64,000 nt of DNA from Gammaproteobacteria bacterium (GTDB lineage Bacteria; Pseudomonadota; Gammaproteobacteria; Eutrophobiales; Eutrophobiaceae), in NCBI GenBank assembly GCA_965243205.1, contig CBDEUK010000002.1, positions 1,312,001 to 1,376,000 of the forward strand, in the 5' to 3' direction. A model generated the notes under the pieces. The model did not search any database. It worked only from the letters and a program-made list of their open reading frames with translations, and was not told the origin of the DNA. Numbering within the stretch: position 1 is the first letter of the stretch; every line of letters begins with the position of its first letter. The position numbers and the translations under genes are program-made. This document shows, piece after piece, positions 1 through 12,279 of this stretch.

Positions 1-18
1 TTGAAACAGTTTAGCCAA
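1..18 (-). CDS. mreC: Probable 5' end of rod shape-determining protein MreC (truncated by window edge)
   Basis: Minus strand reads AGAGG (SD-like) then TTG GCT AAA CTG TTT CAA (MAKLFQ) just downstream of mreB, where mreC normally lies. Only 6 codons are visible. Confidence 0.35.
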
Positions 19-42
19 TGTTGAACTGTCCTCTATTAATAA

Positions 43-1128
<1,086 letters not shown>

Positions 1129-1258
1129 CTACTAAAGCGGTAATTTACAGATGAAATAATCGTTTTTTTATTGTAGTGTTTGCCCCTGTTTTTGGCAGTG
1201 AAAACACTAATTAGCTCCCCATATCCGCTTTATTTTAGTAATAAAAACGCCATACCTT

Positions 1259-1287
1259 AGTGTATCTTTGGATGGCTATTTGGGCAA
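1259..1287 (-). promoter_or_regulatory. Candidate sigma70 promoter for mreB
   Basis: Minus strand TTGCCC-N17-TACACT, about 170 nt upstream of the mreB ATG. Confidence 0.5.
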
Positions 1288-1341
1288 GGTTAAGATTGTG
1301 CTAAATTTCCTATTTTATCAATTAATAACGAGAACAATTTG

Positions 1342-1629
1342 ATGTCACTCGATAATAACAATATCAAAAATATTGCTTGGCTGGCTCGTTTAGCCATTGA
1401 AGAAAATGAAATACCCAAGTACCAGGAAGATCTGAGCCGAATTTTAGGCTTGGTTGAAACCATGGATTCCGTTGATACTTCAGAATTGAAGCCATTAGCC
1501 CACCCACTTGAGATCAATGCAAGACTCAGAGCTGATGAAATCACCGAATCCAATAATCGAGATGAGTTCCAGTCCATCGCACCAGAGGTCGAGGATGGAC
1601 ATTATCTTGTGCCTAAAGTCATCGAATAA
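1342..1629 (+). CDS. gatC: Asp/Glu-tRNA amidotransferase subunit C
   Basis: IAWLARL...PLAHP...LRADE...APEVEDGHYLVPKVIE; first gene of gatCAB. ATG at 1342 preferred over TTG at 1339. Confidence 0.96.
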   Translation: MSLDNNNIKNIAWLARLAIEENEIPKYQEDLSRILGLVETMDSVDTSELKPLAHPLEINARLRADEITESNNRDEFQSIAPEVEDGHYLVPKVIE

Positions 1630-1662
1630 TAATAATCGCTAGTCCTCAATATAATTTACGAT

Positions 1663-3117
1663 ATGCATACTAAAACCCTTACGGAACTCAGCCACGAACT
1701 GAACTCTAAAACCATCAGTTCAGAAGAGTTAACCAAACTGTTCCTTGATCGAATCAAACAGCATGACTCATCTATCAATAGTTTTATCACCGTAGATGAA
1801 GAAAACGCTGTTAAACAAGCCAAACAAGCTGATATTAAACGTTCTAATGGAGAACATACTGCTCTTACAGGCATACCCATAGCCCAAAAAGATATTTTTT
1901 GTACTCAGGGAATAAAAACCAGTTGTGGCTCAAAAATGTTAGATAACTTTATTTCACCCTACGATGCCACTGTCATACATAAATGTAATGAAGCAGGTTT
2001 AGTCATATTGGGTAAAACGAATATGGACGAATTCGCTATGGGTTCATCAAACGAAACAAGTTTTTATGGCAATGTCATGAACCCATGGGATCTGGAACGT
2101 GTACCTGGCGGTTCTTCAGGTGGTTCTGCTGCAGCTGTTGCTGCTCGATTAGCACCTGCAGCTACTGGTACAGATACGGGCGGTTCAATTCGTCAACCCT
2201 CTTCGTTTTGTGGATTAACGGGACTCAAGCCAACTTATGGTCGTGTTTCTCGCTATGGCATGATCGCCTTTGCATCCAGCTTGGATCAAGGTGGTCCTAT
2301 GACGCAATCAGCTGAAGATGCAGCATTATTAATGAACTGCATGGCTGGTTTTGATGCTAAAGACTCTACTTCAGTCGATCATTCAGTACCTGATTACACG
2401 GAAACCCTATCAAACTCTCTCGAAGGTATTCGCATTGGGTTACCAAAAGAATATTTTGATGAGCGTCTTGATTCGAATATCGCAAAACTCATTGATGATG
2501 CCGTTAAAGAATATGAAAAGCTAGGCGCAGTAATTAAAACCATTTCACTACCCAATACAGAGTTATCGATTCCTGCTTATTATGTCGTAGCTCCAGCAGA
2601 ATGTTCTTCCAACTTATCTCGGCTTGATGGTGTGCGTTACGGTTATCGTTGCGATGATCCAAAAGATTTAAATGATCTATACACTCGTTCACGTGGTGAA
2701 GGTTTTGGCAGAGAAGTAAAACGTCGAATCATGATAGGCACATATGCTTTATCGGCAGGTTATTACGATGCCTATTACCTTAAAGCCCAACAAATCCGTC
2801 GTTTGATAAAACAAGACTTCCTATCAGCGCTTGATGAAGTTGATGTAATTTTAAGCCCGACTACTCCTAGCACAGCTTTTAAGATTAATGAAAAAACCGA
2901 TGATCCAGTCAGTATGTACCTATCGGATATTTATACAGTATCTGTCAACCTTGCTGGCTTACCATCGATTTCAATACCTGCGGGTTTTATCGAAGGTTTA
3001 CCTATCGGCTTACAAATGACCGGTAATTTTTTTAACGAACCATTATTATTAAACATGGCGCATCAATATCAACAAGTCAGTGACTGGCACAAACAAATTC
3101 CGGAGGCTTTTCAATAA
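1663..3117 (+). CDS. gatA: Asp/Glu-tRNA amidotransferase subunit A
   Basis: Amidase signature [36 protein letters not shown]; [22 protein letters not shown]. Confidence 0.98.
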   Translation: MHTKTLTELSHELNSKTISSEELTKLFLDRIKQHDSSINSFITVDEENAVKQAKQADIKRSNGEHTALTGIPIAQKDIFCTQGIKTSCGSKMLDNFISPYDATVIHKCNEAGLVILGKTNMDEFAMGSSNETSFYGNVMNPWDLERVPGGSSGGSAAAVAARLAPAATGTDTGGSIRQPSSFCGLTGLKPTYGRVSRYGMIAFASSLDQGGPMTQSAEDAALLMNCMAGFDAKDSTSVDHSVPDYTETLSNSLEGIRIGLPKEYFDERLDSNIAKLIDDAVKEYEKLGAVIKTISLPNTELSIPAYYVVAPAECSSNLSRLDGVRYGYRCDDPKDLNDLYTRSRGEGFGREVKRRIMIGTYALSAGYYDAYYLKAQQIRRLIKQDFLSALDEVDVILSPTTPSTAFKINEKTDDPVSMYLSDIYTVSVNLAGLPSISIPAGFIEGLPIGLQMTGNFFNEPLLLNMAHQYQQVSDWHKQIPEAFQ

Positions 3118-4562
3118 TGGAATGGGAAACAGTTATTGGTTTAGAAATTCATTGTCAACTTGCGACAAAAAGCAAAATATTTTCTGGCGCAGCGACACAA
3201 TATGGAGCTGCAGCAAATACTCAAGCATGTGCAGTTGATTTAGGTTTACCGGGCGTATTACCAGTGATTAATGAAGAAGTCGTTCGCATGGCCGTGCAAT
3301 TTGGTTTAGCCGTTAATGCTGAAATTGGTATGACTTCAGTATTCGCTCGTAAAAATTATTTTTATCCTGACTTGCCCAAAGGTTATCAAATCAGTCAGTT
3401 TGAATTACCTATTGTCGGTCGCGGTGAATTAGAAATTGAACTCGAAGATGGTACAAAAAAAATAGTTGGTATTACCCGTGCTCATTTAGAAGAAGATGCA
3501 GGTAAATCAGTGCATGAAGGCTTTATGAATATGACCGGTATCGATTTAAACCGAGCGGGTACACCGTTAATTGAAATCGTTTCAGAACCTGATATGCGCA
3601 ATGCGAAAGAAGCCGTTGCTTATATGAAAAAAATTCATAACCTCGTACGCTACCTGGAAATTTCTGACGGTAATATGCAAGAAGGTTCTTTTCGTTGTGA
3701 TGCAAACGTCTCTGTTCGCTTACAAGGTGAAGAAGAGTTTGGAACGCGTACTGAACTTAAAAACATCAACTCTTTCCGCTTTGTCGAACAAGCGATCAAT
3801 TTTGAAGTTGACAGACAAATCGATGTACTTGAATCTGGTGGAGAAATCACTCAGGAAACTCGTTTATACGATCCGAATAAAGATGAAACTCGTTCTATGC
3901 GCAGTAAAGAAGAAGCGAATGACTATCGTTACTTCCCCGATCCAGATTTATTACCGATTGAATTAGAACAAGACTATGTTGATATACTCAAAGCTAATCT
4001 ACCTGAACTACCTGAAGCAAAAAAACAACGTTTTATAGATGAATATTCTTTATCCGATTACGATTCAGGCGTACTAACGGCACAAAAAGAAATGGCGGAA
4101 TTTTTTGAGTCGGTCGTTAACGAATCTAATGCTAAACCTAAACTTTGTGCAAATTGGATCAGTGGTGAATTTAGTGCTGCTTTAAATCGTGAAAACATGG
4201 ATGTCAGTGAATCTCCTATCAGCGCTACTGATCTCGCTCAACTGATTGCTCGTATAGAAGACAATACCATTTCAGGTAAAATCGCTAAGCAAGTATTCGA
4301 AGCAATGTGGTCTGGCGAAGGAACTGCAGACGACATCATTGAAAAGAAAGGTCTTAAACAAATGTCAGACACTGGGGAACTTGAAAAATTAATTGATGAC
4401 ATTATTCAAAGTAACCCTGATCAAGTCGCTCAATATAAAAATAATCCTGATAAACAAGGCAAATTAATTGGCTATTTTGTTGGTCAATTGATGAAAATGA
4501 CTCAAGGTAAAGCCAACCCTAAACAAGCCAATGAGTTACTCAGTAAAAAACTCAACTCATAA
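3117..4562 (+). CDS. gatB: Asp/Glu-tRNA amidotransferase subunit B
   Basis: [46 protein letters not shown]. Confidence 0.98.
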   Translation: MEWETVIGLEIHCQLATKSKIFSGAATQYGAAANTQACAVDLGLPGVLPVINEEVVRMAVQFGLAVNAEIGMTSVFARKNYFYPDLPKGYQISQFELPIVGRGELEIELEDGTKKIVGITRAHLEEDAGKSVHEGFMNMTGIDLNRAGTPLIEIVSEPDMRNAKEAVAYMKKIHNLVRYLEISDGNMQEGSFRCDANVSVRLQGEEEFGTRTELKNINSFRFVEQAINFEVDRQIDVLESGGEITQETRLYDPNKDETRSMRSKEEANDYRYFPDPDLLPIELEQDYVDILKANLPELPEAKKQRFIDEYSLSDYDSGVLTAQKEMAEFFESVVNESNAKPKLCANWISGEFSAALNRENMDVSESPISATDLAQLIARIEDNTISGKIAKQVFEAMWSGEGTADDIIEKKGLKQMSDTGELEKLIDDIIQSNPDQVAQYKNNPDKQGKLIGYFVGQLMKMTQGKANPKQANELLSKKLNS

Positions 4563-4586
4563 AAAAAGGCCTTACGGCCTTTTTTT
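4561..4586. terminator. Bidirectional intrinsic terminator between gatB and the mtdB-like gene
   Basis: AAAAAAAGGCC-TTAC-GGCCTTTTTTT perfect inverted repeat with A/T tails on both sides, between convergent genes. Confidence 0.9.
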
Positions 4587-4607
4587 ATTTTGCTAACTTC
4601 TTACTAA

Positions 4608-5528
4608 TTAAGCCGCCTTATCTTTTTTACTCAAATTTTCCAAAAGACTTGAAGCGTATGCAAAAGCATCTGGAAAGTCGATGATTGCGACCTTTTCTGA
4701 TTTTTGGATCTGTTCAAATAAACCATATTGAGTTTTGTATTTAACATCCCCAATAGCTAGAGAACCAATCGACCAAAATGGTCTACCGTTTGCGTCATCT
4801 TTTACCCCATTATCTTTAGCATCGACATGAGCAATACCGCTCGGAGGAACTGCGTTTGTATCTGCAGCGACTAATAATTTTTCTGCGTGTTGCATAACAT
4901 CAACATCTAAAATTCTTATACCTGCTTTGGCAGCACAAAGAATGACTTCGCTGTCTCTAACAATTTCAGTTTTTTCTTCAAAGGTCTGTCCTGAAACCCA
5001 TTCAATTTCTACGTTATAACGTTCCGCAAAACGTAATGCTGTTTTCGAATCATCGTCAGCTGTTAATTGACATAGTTTTGTTTTAGCTCCATGTTGAGCA
5101 GTTAAAATAGCGATACTAAGCCCTACTGGACCGGTACCAAAGATTGAAACTGTCTTACCATTTAAATCACTATTTGAGTGTTCTTTTAATGCTTTCTCAA
5201 CTAAAGCCACAACGCTGGCTGAAGTGGTATAGGCGCCATTTGGATCGGCAAACACACCTACTTGAAATGGTCCAACCATCGCTTTACTTGCTAAATCCAA
5301 CATATCTTTAGCCTGATGTACGTCTCTACCACCTAGAAATACACCAGTGTCATTAAATCGACCTGGTGGGCGACAAAAAATAGAATCTTGAACTAATGGC
5401 ACAACATCATTTACTTTCACCCCAGTGATTGGTAAAACTTGGTCAAAACCTGCATCGGCAGCAAGTGTGACGTCAAAAGGGCTAATATTCTCACCAGGTG
5501 TTAAAATGTATAAGATTTTTTGGCTCAT
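4608..5528 (-). CDS. mtdB: NAD(P)-dependent methylene-tetrahydromethanopterin dehydrogenase, MtdB-like (divergent)
   Basis: Mtd family motifs: SPFDV..A.DAG, VQDSIF.R, TGVFLGG, FADP.G..TT, GTGPVG, D.NAVPP.GI, IG.LAIG.VKY..Q..LF, DF.DAF. The N-terminus and C-terminal helix fit MtdB better than MtdA. Confidence 0.85.
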   Translation of the reverse strand: MSQKILYILTPGENISPFDVTLAADAGFDQVLPITGVKVNDVVPLVQDSIFCRPPGRFNDTGVFLGGRDVHQAKDMLDLASKAMVGPFQVGVFADPNGAYTTSASVVALVEKALKEHSNSDLNGKTVSIFGTGPVGLSIAILTAQHGAKTKLCQLTADDDSKTALRFAERYNVEIEWVSGQTFEEKTEIVRDSEVILCAAKAGIRILDVDVMQHAEKLLVAADTNAVPPSGIAHVDAKDNGVKDDANGRPFWSIGSLAIGDVKYKTQYGLFEQIQKSEKVAIIDFPDAFAYASSLLENLSKKDKAA

Positions 5529-5587
5529 TTTATTTCTCTCAATCTATTAAATAGGTATAACTTCTTGTTTTGTCTTCCTAATTCTGT

Positions 5588-5614
5588 ATATCGGCGAGAC
5601 TTGCTACAACTTTA
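5588..5614 (-). promoter_or_regulatory. Sigma28 (FliA)-type promoter directed at the mtdB-like gene
   Basis: Minus strand TAAAGTTG-TAGCAAGTCTC-GCCGATAT versus consensus TAAAGTTT-N11-GCCGATAA: 14/16 matches with exact spacing, 60 nt upstream of the ATG. Confidence 0.7.
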
Positions 5615-5638
5615 CTAATAATTTTGATTTCTATAACA

Positions 5639-6436
5639 ATGAACACTGTAGAAAGACTCTATGATCTGGAGGATTCCGAAACAGATAGCCTGTTTGCCGC
5701 CAAAGTTGGGGAACAGACTATAGAGGTCAAAGAATATGAAAACCTTCGATGGCTTACGATTGATGGGGAAGCTATTCAGTCAATCGTCGATATAGAGGCA
5801 CCCTCTGCTTTGATGAACCCCGTGACTCAGATCATGTTAAGTATTTGTTATTTCAGTAAAAAATTAGATTCCATACTAAACCTAGGTATGGGTGGAGGAT
5901 CAATCGAAAGGTTTTTCAACTCTAACTTACCAACGACTACATTAACTTCTGTTGAATCCGAAGAAGTCATCATATATGTAGCACATGAGTATTTTTTTAT
6001 TCCAAATTCATCGATAGTCCATTGTATTGATGCTAATGAATTTATTAATAAATCTTCAAATGAATTTGATCTGATTTTGTGTGATATGTTTGTTGAAGAG
6101 TTTCATCCAGAATTTTTATACACAGAAGCGTTTTATTCCAATATTCAGAATAATTTATCAAAGGAAGGGATTCTTTCTATCAATCTAATTCCTGAAGATG
6201 AAAGCGATCTATTAGAAATTTTACTGCCTCTACGAAAATATTTTACCCATACTTATCTATATGAGCTGGATGAGCATTACAATATTATCCTTTTTGCTAG
6301 TAACCAGCCGCTTGATCTAGATATTCAGAGCCAGCATGAGCAATCGCTAACCCAATCATGCCAACTCTTAGATAAATCAAAATTTTTCAATAGGCTTCAG
6401 ACCCTACCAATAAATAAAAATACCCCAACAATTTAA
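5639..6436 (+). CDS. Spermidine-synthase-like class I SAM/dcSAM-dependent transferase
   Basis: RWLTIDGEAIQS, LNLGMGGGSI, VE..E.VI..A..YF, DLILCDMF, L...GILSINL. ATG at 5639 chosen over TTG at 5624. Confidence 0.7.
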   Translation: MNTVERLYDLEDSETDSLFAAKVGEQTIEVKEYENLRWLTIDGEAIQSIVDIEAPSALMNPVTQIMLSICYFSKKLDSILNLGMGGGSIERFFNSNLPTTTLTSVESEEVIIYVAHEYFFIPNSSIVHCIDANEFINKSSNEFDLILCDMFVEEFHPEFLYTEAFYSNIQNNLSKEGILSINLIPEDESDLLEILLPLRKYFTHTYLYELDEHYNIILFASNQPLDLDIQSQHEQSLTQSCQLLDKSKFFNRLQTLPINKNTPTI

Positions 6437-6546
6437 CATATTGTCATATTTACTCTAAAGGTCTTATTAAAGATCAACGATATAGAGGGTATTCCCAAAA
6501 ATGGTCTCAGATTTGCTAAATACTCTGTATCTTAGGAGTTATAACT

Positions 6547-7467
6547 ATGACACGAACAAATTTTATAAATTTTACGATCGGAACAAAAAGTATTTGTTGG
6601 AAAATTACCCCTCTTATTATATTTAGCCTAGTGTCTTTGAATATAACATTCATCGCTACGGCCTTTTTTGTTGGGACACAAATGAATTCGCAACAATCGA
6701 TTCTATCTCAGGCAGAATTTCCTGATATTAGCCGTACCTTAGAACAACAAAATTCAGCCATTCATCGTGCTAAACTAGACGCAGAAAAAAATATCGATAT
6801 CTTGGGCTCAAAACTTGGTGTTTTGCAACATCAAGTCATTCGACTAAATGCACTAGGACAACGTTTAAGCCATCAATATAAAATTGACGAAATTGATTTT
6901 TCAGAGGATTCTGTCGCTATAGGTGGTGGTGTACAAAGCTCACAAACATCATTTTCAGTCACTGATTTTGTAGCTGAGCTACAACAGTTAGAAGATATTA
7001 TTAAAAAAAATAATGACCAGTTAACAGCTTTAAATTCTTTGTTAGCTAACAAATCATTAGCTAAAAATACTCACCCTTCCATCATGCCAATTAAAGCTTA
7101 TGTTTCTTCATGGTATGGTTGGCGTTCAGATCCTATGAAAAAACATAGCCGTAGAAGTTTCCATGAAGGTATGGATTTCTCAGCAGATGTAGGTACTGGT
7201 ATAAAGTCAGTTGCAGATGGAATTGTTAGTTGGTCAGGTCCAAAGGATCAATATGGTAACTTTGTAGAAATTGATCATGGTAACGGCTATGTAACTCGTT
7301 ACGGACATATTGATGAATTATTTGTTAAAGTAGGCCAACGTGTTAGTAAAGGTCAACAAATCGCTTCTGTTGGTATGACAGGAAGAACAACAGGCCCTCA
7401 TTTACATTTTGAAGTTCAAAAAGACGGGCAACACCTCGATCCTAAAAACTTCATGAAACTGAATTAA
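6547..7467 (+). CDS. M23 family metallopeptidase (N-terminal TM, coiled coil, LytM domain)
   Basis: SS.YGWRSDP, HEGMDF, YG.FVEIDHGNG..TRYGH, GRTTGPHLHFEV; AGGAG SD upstream. Confidence 0.92.
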   Translation: MTRTNFINFTIGTKSICWKITPLIIFSLVSLNITFIATAFFVGTQMNSQQSILSQAEFPDISRTLEQQNSAIHRAKLDAEKNIDILGSKLGVLQHQVIRLNALGQRLSHQYKIDEIDFSEDSVAIGGGVQSSQTSFSVTDFVAELQQLEDIIKKNNDQLTALNSLLANKSLAKNTHPSIMPIKAYVSSWYGWRSDPMKKHSRRSFHEGMDFSADVGTGIKSVADGIVSWSGPKDQYGNFVEIDHGNGYVTRYGHIDELFVKVGQRVSKGQQIASVGMTGRTTGPHLHFEVQKDGQHLDPKNFMKLN

Positions 7468-7474
7468 TTTAAGT

Positions 7475-7509
7475 TATAAAAAAACCGAGCGATGCTCGGT
7501 TTTTTTATA
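7475..7509. terminator. Bidirectional intrinsic terminator (end of alpha operon / M23 gene)
   Basis: TATAAAAAAACCGAGC-GAT-GCTCGGTTTTTTTATA perfect inverted repeat between convergent genes. Confidence 0.92.
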
Positions 7510-7525
7510 CTGAGTTATTTAGTGA

Positions 7526-7912
7526 TTAATCTTCAGCTGATTCTGCTCCAGCAATAGGTCTATCAACTAATTCAACAATTGCCATAGGCGCATTGTCACC
7601 TGCACGGAAACCACACTTTAAGATTCGTAAGTAACCACCAGGACGATCTTTATAACGCGGACCTAGTTCATTAAACAATTTAGTTACAACACCTCGATCA
7701 CGTAAACGTGAAAAAGCTAAACGTCTTTTAGCAACACTATCTTCTTTGGCTAAAGTAATTAATGGTTCTGCTACTCGGCGTAGCTCTTTAGCTTTCGGTA
7801 ATGTTGTTTTAATCATTTCATGCTGCATTAAAGATACTGCCATGTTTTGAAACATAGCTTTTCTATGCGAACTATTTCGATTTAATTTTCTACCGCTCTC
7901 ACGATGACGCAT
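7526..7912 (-). CDS. rplQ: 50S ribosomal protein L17
   Basis: [20 protein letters not shown]...[12 protein letters not shown]...[22 protein letters not shown]. Confidence 0.99.
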   Translation of the reverse strand: MRHRESGRKLNRNSSHRKAMFQNMAVSLMQHEMIKTTLPKAKELRRVAEPLITLAKEDSVAKRRLAFSRLRDRGVVTKLFNELGPRYKDRPGGYLRILKCGFRAGDNAPMAIVELVDRPIAGAESAED

Positions 7913-7942
7913 GATATTTCTCTTCTATTCAAAAATTACAAA

Positions 7943-8938
7943 TTACATGGATAATTTATCTTGATCCAAACTCGCTGGAGGCCAATTCTCTAGGCGCATA
8001 CCTAAAGCCAGTCCACGCGATGCCAAGACATCTTTAATTTCAGTTAAAGACTTTTTACCCAAGTTAGGTGTTTTCAATAACTCAACTTCAGTACGTTGAA
8101 TTAAATCACCGATATAATAAATACTTTCCGCTTTTAAACAGTTTGCAGAACGTACTGTTAACTCTAAATCATCAACTGGTCTTAATAATATCGGATCAAT
8201 TTCTGGTTCATTTTTCGCTTCAGCAATTTGAGCTTCTTCAGCTTCAAGGTCAACAAATACTGCTAATTGACTGCGTAAAATAGTCGCTGATTCTCTAATC
8301 GCATCTTCAGGGTCGATAGTACCATTTGTTTCAATCTCGATAATTAATTTATCTAAGTTGGTTCTTTGTTCTACACGAGCACTTTGCACATCATAAGCTA
8401 CACGTTTAACAGGACTAAAAGAAGCATCTAACTTAATACGACCTATAGTTTGCTCATCATCACTATTACCGATGATAACAGGACGATAACCACGACCACG
8501 CTCTACACGCATAGTAATGTTTAACTCACCTGACTTTGTAAGATTAGCAATCGGATGGTCTGGATTAGCAATTTCAACATCATGATCAACCGCAATATCA
8601 GCTGCTGTAACAAGGCCTTGTCCGCTTTTATTTAAAGTAATAATAGCTTCGTCTTTTGCATGCATGTTGATAGCCAAACCTTTAAGGTTCATTAAGATAT
8701 CAGTAACATCCTCTTGAACACCTTCAATTGTTGTGTATTCATGTAGAACGCCTTGGATTTCTGCTTCAACAACCGCACAGCCAGGCATTGACGATAATAA
8801 AACTCGACGTAATGCATTACCTAAAGTATGACCATAGCCACGATCGAGCGGCTCAATGATGATCTTTGCAGAGTTAGCATTAATCGGTTCAACATCAACA
8901 CGACGTGGTTTAAGTATATCGTGGAAGCTAGTCGCCAT
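7943..8938 (-). CDS. rpoA: RNA polymerase alpha subunit
   Basis: [25 protein letters not shown]; alpha-[17 protein letters not shown]...[12 protein letters not shown]. Confidence 0.99.
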   Translation of the reverse strand: MATSFHDILKPRRVDVEPINANSAKIIIEPLDRGYGHTLGNALRRVLLSSMPGCAVVEAEIQGVLHEYTTIEGVQEDVTDILMNLKGLAINMHAKDEAIITLNKSGQGLVTAADIAVDHDVEIANPDHPIANLTKSGELNITMRVERGRGYRPVIIGNSDDEQTIGRIKLDASFSPVKRVAYDVQSARVEQRTNLDKLIIEIETNGTIDPEDAIRESATILRSQLAVFVDLEAEEAQIAEAKNEPEIDPILLRPVDDLELTVRSANCLKAESIYYIGDLIQRTEVELLKTPNLGKKSLTEIKDVLASRGLALGMRLENWPPASLDQDKLSM

Positions 8939-8959
8939 ACGTTTTGTTCCTCCGAACGG

Positions 8960-9580
8960 TTACTTAGAGTAAAGCTCGACTACGAGCTGCTCATTGATTT
9001 CAGATGGTAATTCACTACGTTCTGGTACAGCTTTAAAAGTACCTTCCATCTTTTTGGTATCGACTTCGATCCATTCAGGAAAGCCAATCTGCTCAGATAC
9101 AGTCAATGCATCTTGAATACGCACTTGAGTCCTACTTTTTTCTCGAATTGATATCTTATCTGATGGTTTAACAACAAAAGAAGGAATGTTAACAGGCTTG
9201 TCGTTAACAAGAATCGCTTTATGGCTAACCAATTGACGAGCTTCATTTCGAGTAACACCAAAACCCATACGATATACTACATTATCTAAACGAGTTTCTA
9301 ATAATTGTAAAAGATTCTCACCTGTAGAACCTTTAAGACGAGCTGCCTCTTTATAGTATTTACGGAATTGTTTTTCTAAGATTCCATAGATACGTCTTAA
9401 CTTTTGTTTTTCACGTAACTGTAAACCGTAGTCTGATAAACGCTTACGACTACCACCATGCATACCAGGTGCTTTATCAATTTGACATTTTGACTCTAGT
9501 GGTCGAGCACGACTTTTTAAGAAAAGATCTGTGCCTTCACGACGACTTAATTTACATTTTGGTCCAAGATATCTTGCCAT
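8960..9580 (-). CDS. rpsD: 30S ribosomal protein S4
   Basis: [43 protein letters not shown]. Confidence 0.99.
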   Translation of the reverse strand: MARYLGPKCKLSRREGTDLFLKSRARPLESKCQIDKAPGMHGGSRKRLSDYGLQLREKQKLRRIYGILEKQFRKYYKEAARLKGSTGENLLQLLETRLDNVVYRMGFGVTRNEARQLVSHKAILVNDKPVNIPSFVVKPSDKISIREKSRTQVRIQDALTVSEQIGFPEWIEVDTKKMEGTFKAVPERSELPSEINEQLVVELYSK

Positions 9581-9592
9581 GTAACTTTACCC

Positions 9593-9979
9593 TTATACTC
9601 GACGTTTCTTTGGTGGACGACAACCATTATGAGGAATTGGCGTCACGTCAGAGATGTTTGTAATTTTAAAACCTAATGAGTTTAGTGCGCGAACTGCAGA
9701 TTCACGACCTGGCCCTGGACCTTTAATAAAAACTTCCAGGTTTTTCATACCAAATTCTTGAGCGGTTTCGCCTGCTTTGGTTGAAGCAATTTGTGCTGCA
9801 AACGGTGTACTTTTACGAGAACCACGAAAACCGCTACCACCAGAGGTTGCCCATGCTAATGTATTGCCTTGTCTATCGGTGATAGTAATGATGGTGTTGT
9901 TAAACGATGCATGAATGTGCGCTACGCCATCCACAACCGTTTTCGTACTTTTTTTCCGCGTTCTTGCAGCTTTAGCCAT
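9593..9979 (-). CDS. rpsK: 30S ribosomal protein S11
   Basis: [42 protein letters not shown]. Confidence 0.99.
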   Translation of the reverse strand: MAKAARTRKKSTKTVVDGVAHIHASFNNTIITITDRQGNTLAWATSGGSGFRGSRKSTPFAAQIASTKAGETAQEFGMKNLEVFIKGPGPGRESAVRALNSLGFKITNISDVTPIPHNGCRPPKKRRV

Positions 9980-9996
9980 ATTTCAATACCTATTAT

Positions 9997-10353
9997 TTAT
10001 TTCTTAACCATACGACGTGGACCTTTACGGGTACGCGCATTGGTTTGTGTACGTTGTCCGCGTAGCGGCAAGCTACGACGATGTCTGATACCTCGGTTAC
10101 AACCTAAGTCCATCAAACGTTTAATATTCATTGAGACTTCTCGGCGAAGATCACCTTCTAAATCGTATTTGCCAATATTATTACGAATTGAATCGAGTTC
10201 TTCTTCACTCAAGTCATTTACTTTACGATCAGGAGCCAAACCAGTTTCATTACAAATATCTTTTGAACGAGCTGGGCCAATACCATAGATATATGTTAAA
10301 GCAATCACTAGATGCTTATTATCCGGAATATTTACGCCTGCAATACGTGCCAT
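9997..10353 (-). CDS. rpsM: 30S ribosomal protein S13
   Basis: [41 protein letters not shown]. Confidence 0.99.
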   Translation of the reverse strand: MARIAGVNIPDNKHLVIALTYIYGIGPARSKDICNETGLAPDRKVNDLSEEELDSIRNNIGKYDLEGDLRREVSMNIKRLMDLGCNRGIRHRRSLPLRGQRTQTNARTRKGPRRMVKK

Positions 10354-10368
10354 ACTAATTCTCCAATT

Positions 10369-10482
10369 CTAGCCTTGTCGTTGTTTATGACGTGGATCAG
10401 TGCAAATAACACGTATTACACCTTTACGTTTGATGATCCTGCAGTTACGGCAAATCTTTTTGACTGAGGCTCTTACTTTCAT
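10369..10482 (-). CDS. rpmJ: 50S ribosomal protein L36 (Zn-binding C+ form); absent from the ORF track
   Basis: Hand translation [43 protein letters not shown], between secY and rpsM. Confidence 0.97.
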   Translation of the reverse strand: MKVRASVKKICRNCRIIKRKGVIRVICTDPRHKQRQG

Positions 10483-10508
10483 TCTTAAATCTCCAAAACT
10501 TAGCCGAC

Positions 10509-11840
10509 TTATCGACGGCCTTGCCCTTTAATATTTGCTTTCTTCATTAAACCATCATATTGGTGAGACATAAGATGCGCCTGCATCTGTGACATAAAAT
10601 CCATCACCACTACAACGATAATTAATAAAGAGGTTCCACCAAAATAAAATGGAACATTAAAATTATAAATTAGAAACTCAGGTAATAAACAAATAGCGGT
10701 GATGTAAATAGCACCAGCTAACGTTAATCGAGTTAATACACCATCTAAATATTTCGCAGTTTGCTCACCTGGGCGCATACCAGGGATAAACGCACCTTGT
10801 TTTTTCAAATTATCAGCTGTTTCTCTAGGATCAAACATCATCGCTGTATAAAAGAAACAGAAAAATATAATTGCTGCTGCAAATAAAATTATGTACGTCA
10901 AATTTCCAGGCGATAAATGATTAGTAACGATATCCTGTAACCACTGAGTTCCTTCTCCTTGCGCGAACCAACCAGTTAAAGTGGCTGGAAATAAAATAAT
11001 GCTGGATGCAAAAATCGGTGGTATCACACCAGCCATATTCAATTTAAGTGGCAAATGACTTGATTGCCCTGCATACATTTTTTTCCCAACTTGTCGCTTA
11101 GGATAATTGATCGCTATTCGACGTTGCCCACGTTCAATAAACACAACCAAAGCGGTTACTGCAATCGCTAAAGCAAATAATAAGAACATGCCAAAAATAT
11201 GTAGCTCACCTGTACGAGTCAACTCAATCGTACCTGCAATTGCAGAAGGCAGTCCTGCTACAATACCTGCAAAGATGATCATTGATATACCGTTACCAAC
11301 ACCTCTCTCCGTAATCTGCTCACCTAACCACATTAAAAACATAGTGCCAGTAACTAGACTACTTACAGCCGTAATGCGAAAACCTAAACCCGGGTCTAAG
11401 ACAACACCTTGACCTTCAAGCGCAATACAAACACCAATCGCTTGAAAAGTTGCTAATACTACAGTACCCCAACGAGTATACTTCGTAATGGTACGACGAC
11501 CTTGCTCACCTTCTTTACGTAATTGTTTTAATCTTGGATCGATAACAGTTAGTAACTGCATAATAATCGATGCCGAAATATATGGCATGATTCCAAGAGC
11601 AACTACAGACAAACGCTCTAATGCACCACCAGAGAACATATTAAACATGTCTAAAATTGTGCCGCTTTGTCTTTCGAACATTGCCGCCAATTGTTCTGGG
11701 TCAATACCAGGAACAGGAATATGCGTACATACACGATAAACAAATAACGCAAACAATAAGAACAACAAACGTTGTCTTAATTCTGTTAACTGGCCTAAAC
11801 CCGATAAGCCTCCAGGTAATGTTTGACCACTAGCCGACAT
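10509..11840 (-). CDS. secY: Preprotein translocase subunit SecY
   Basis: [64 protein letters not shown]. Confidence 0.99.
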   Translation of the reverse strand: MSASGQTLPGGLSGLGQLTELRQRLLFLLFALFVYRVCTHIPVPGIDPEQLAAMFERQSGTILDMFNMFSGGALERLSVVALGIMPYISASIIMQLLTVIDPRLKQLRKEGEQGRRTITKYTRWGTVVLATFQAIGVCIALEGQGVVLDPGLGFRITAVSSLVTGTMFLMWLGEQITERGVGNGISMIIFAGIVAGLPSAIAGTIELTRTGELHIFGMFLLFALAIAVTALVVFIERGQRRIAINYPKRQVGKKMYAGQSSHLPLKLNMAGVIPPIFASSIILFPATLTGWFAQGEGTQWLQDIVTNHLSPGNLTYIILFAAAIIFFCFFYTAMMFDPRETADNLKKQGAFIPGMRPGEQTAKYLDGVLTRLTLAGAIYITAICLLPEFLIYNFNVPFYFGGTSLLIIVVVVMDFMSQMQAHLMSHQYDGLMKKANIKGQGRR

Positions 11841-11842
11841 AC

Positions 11843-12277
11843 TTACTCTTCTACCTTACCGCCAGCAGATTCAATAGCTTCTTTAGCACCTTTAGTTGCA
11901 CCTAAGCCTTTTATAGTAACTGCTTTTTTAATTTCGCCAGAAAGAATAACTTTTGCACGTGTAATGCTTTTATTAATAATGCCCGCTGCTTGTAAAGCAT
12001 CAATTGTAATGACATCAGCATCAACTAATTCTAATTCATGCAAACGTATCTCAGCAGTCTGACGAGCTAATTTTGAACGAAAACCAATTTTAGGTAATCG
12101 TCTTTGAACAGGCATTTGACCGCCTTCAAAACCAACTTTATGAAAACCACCTGAACGTGATTTTTGACCTTTGTGACCACGACCAGAAGTTTTACCAAAT
12201 CCTGAACCGATACCACGACCAACACGCTTACCAGATTTTTTTGAACCCGGGTTAGGGCTTAATGTATTGAGTCGCAT
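11843..12277 (-). CDS. rplO: 50S ribosomal protein L15
   Basis: [32 protein letters not shown]. Confidence 0.99.
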   Translation of the reverse strand: MRLNTLSPNPGSKKSGKRVGRGIGSGFGKTSGRGHKGQKSRSGGFHKVGFEGGQMPVQRRLPKIGFRSKLARQTAEIRLHELELVDADVITIDALQAAGIINKSITRAKVILSGEIKKAVTIKGLGATKGAKEAIESAGGKVEE

Positions 12278-12279
12278 GA

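Noticed and set aside
5591-5606. TCGGCGAGACTTGCT on the plus strand as a sigma54 -24/-12 promoter for the methyltransferase gene
   Set aside because: GG-to-GC spacing is 8 nt rather than the obligatory 10; the same bases fit the minus-strand sigma28 site far better.
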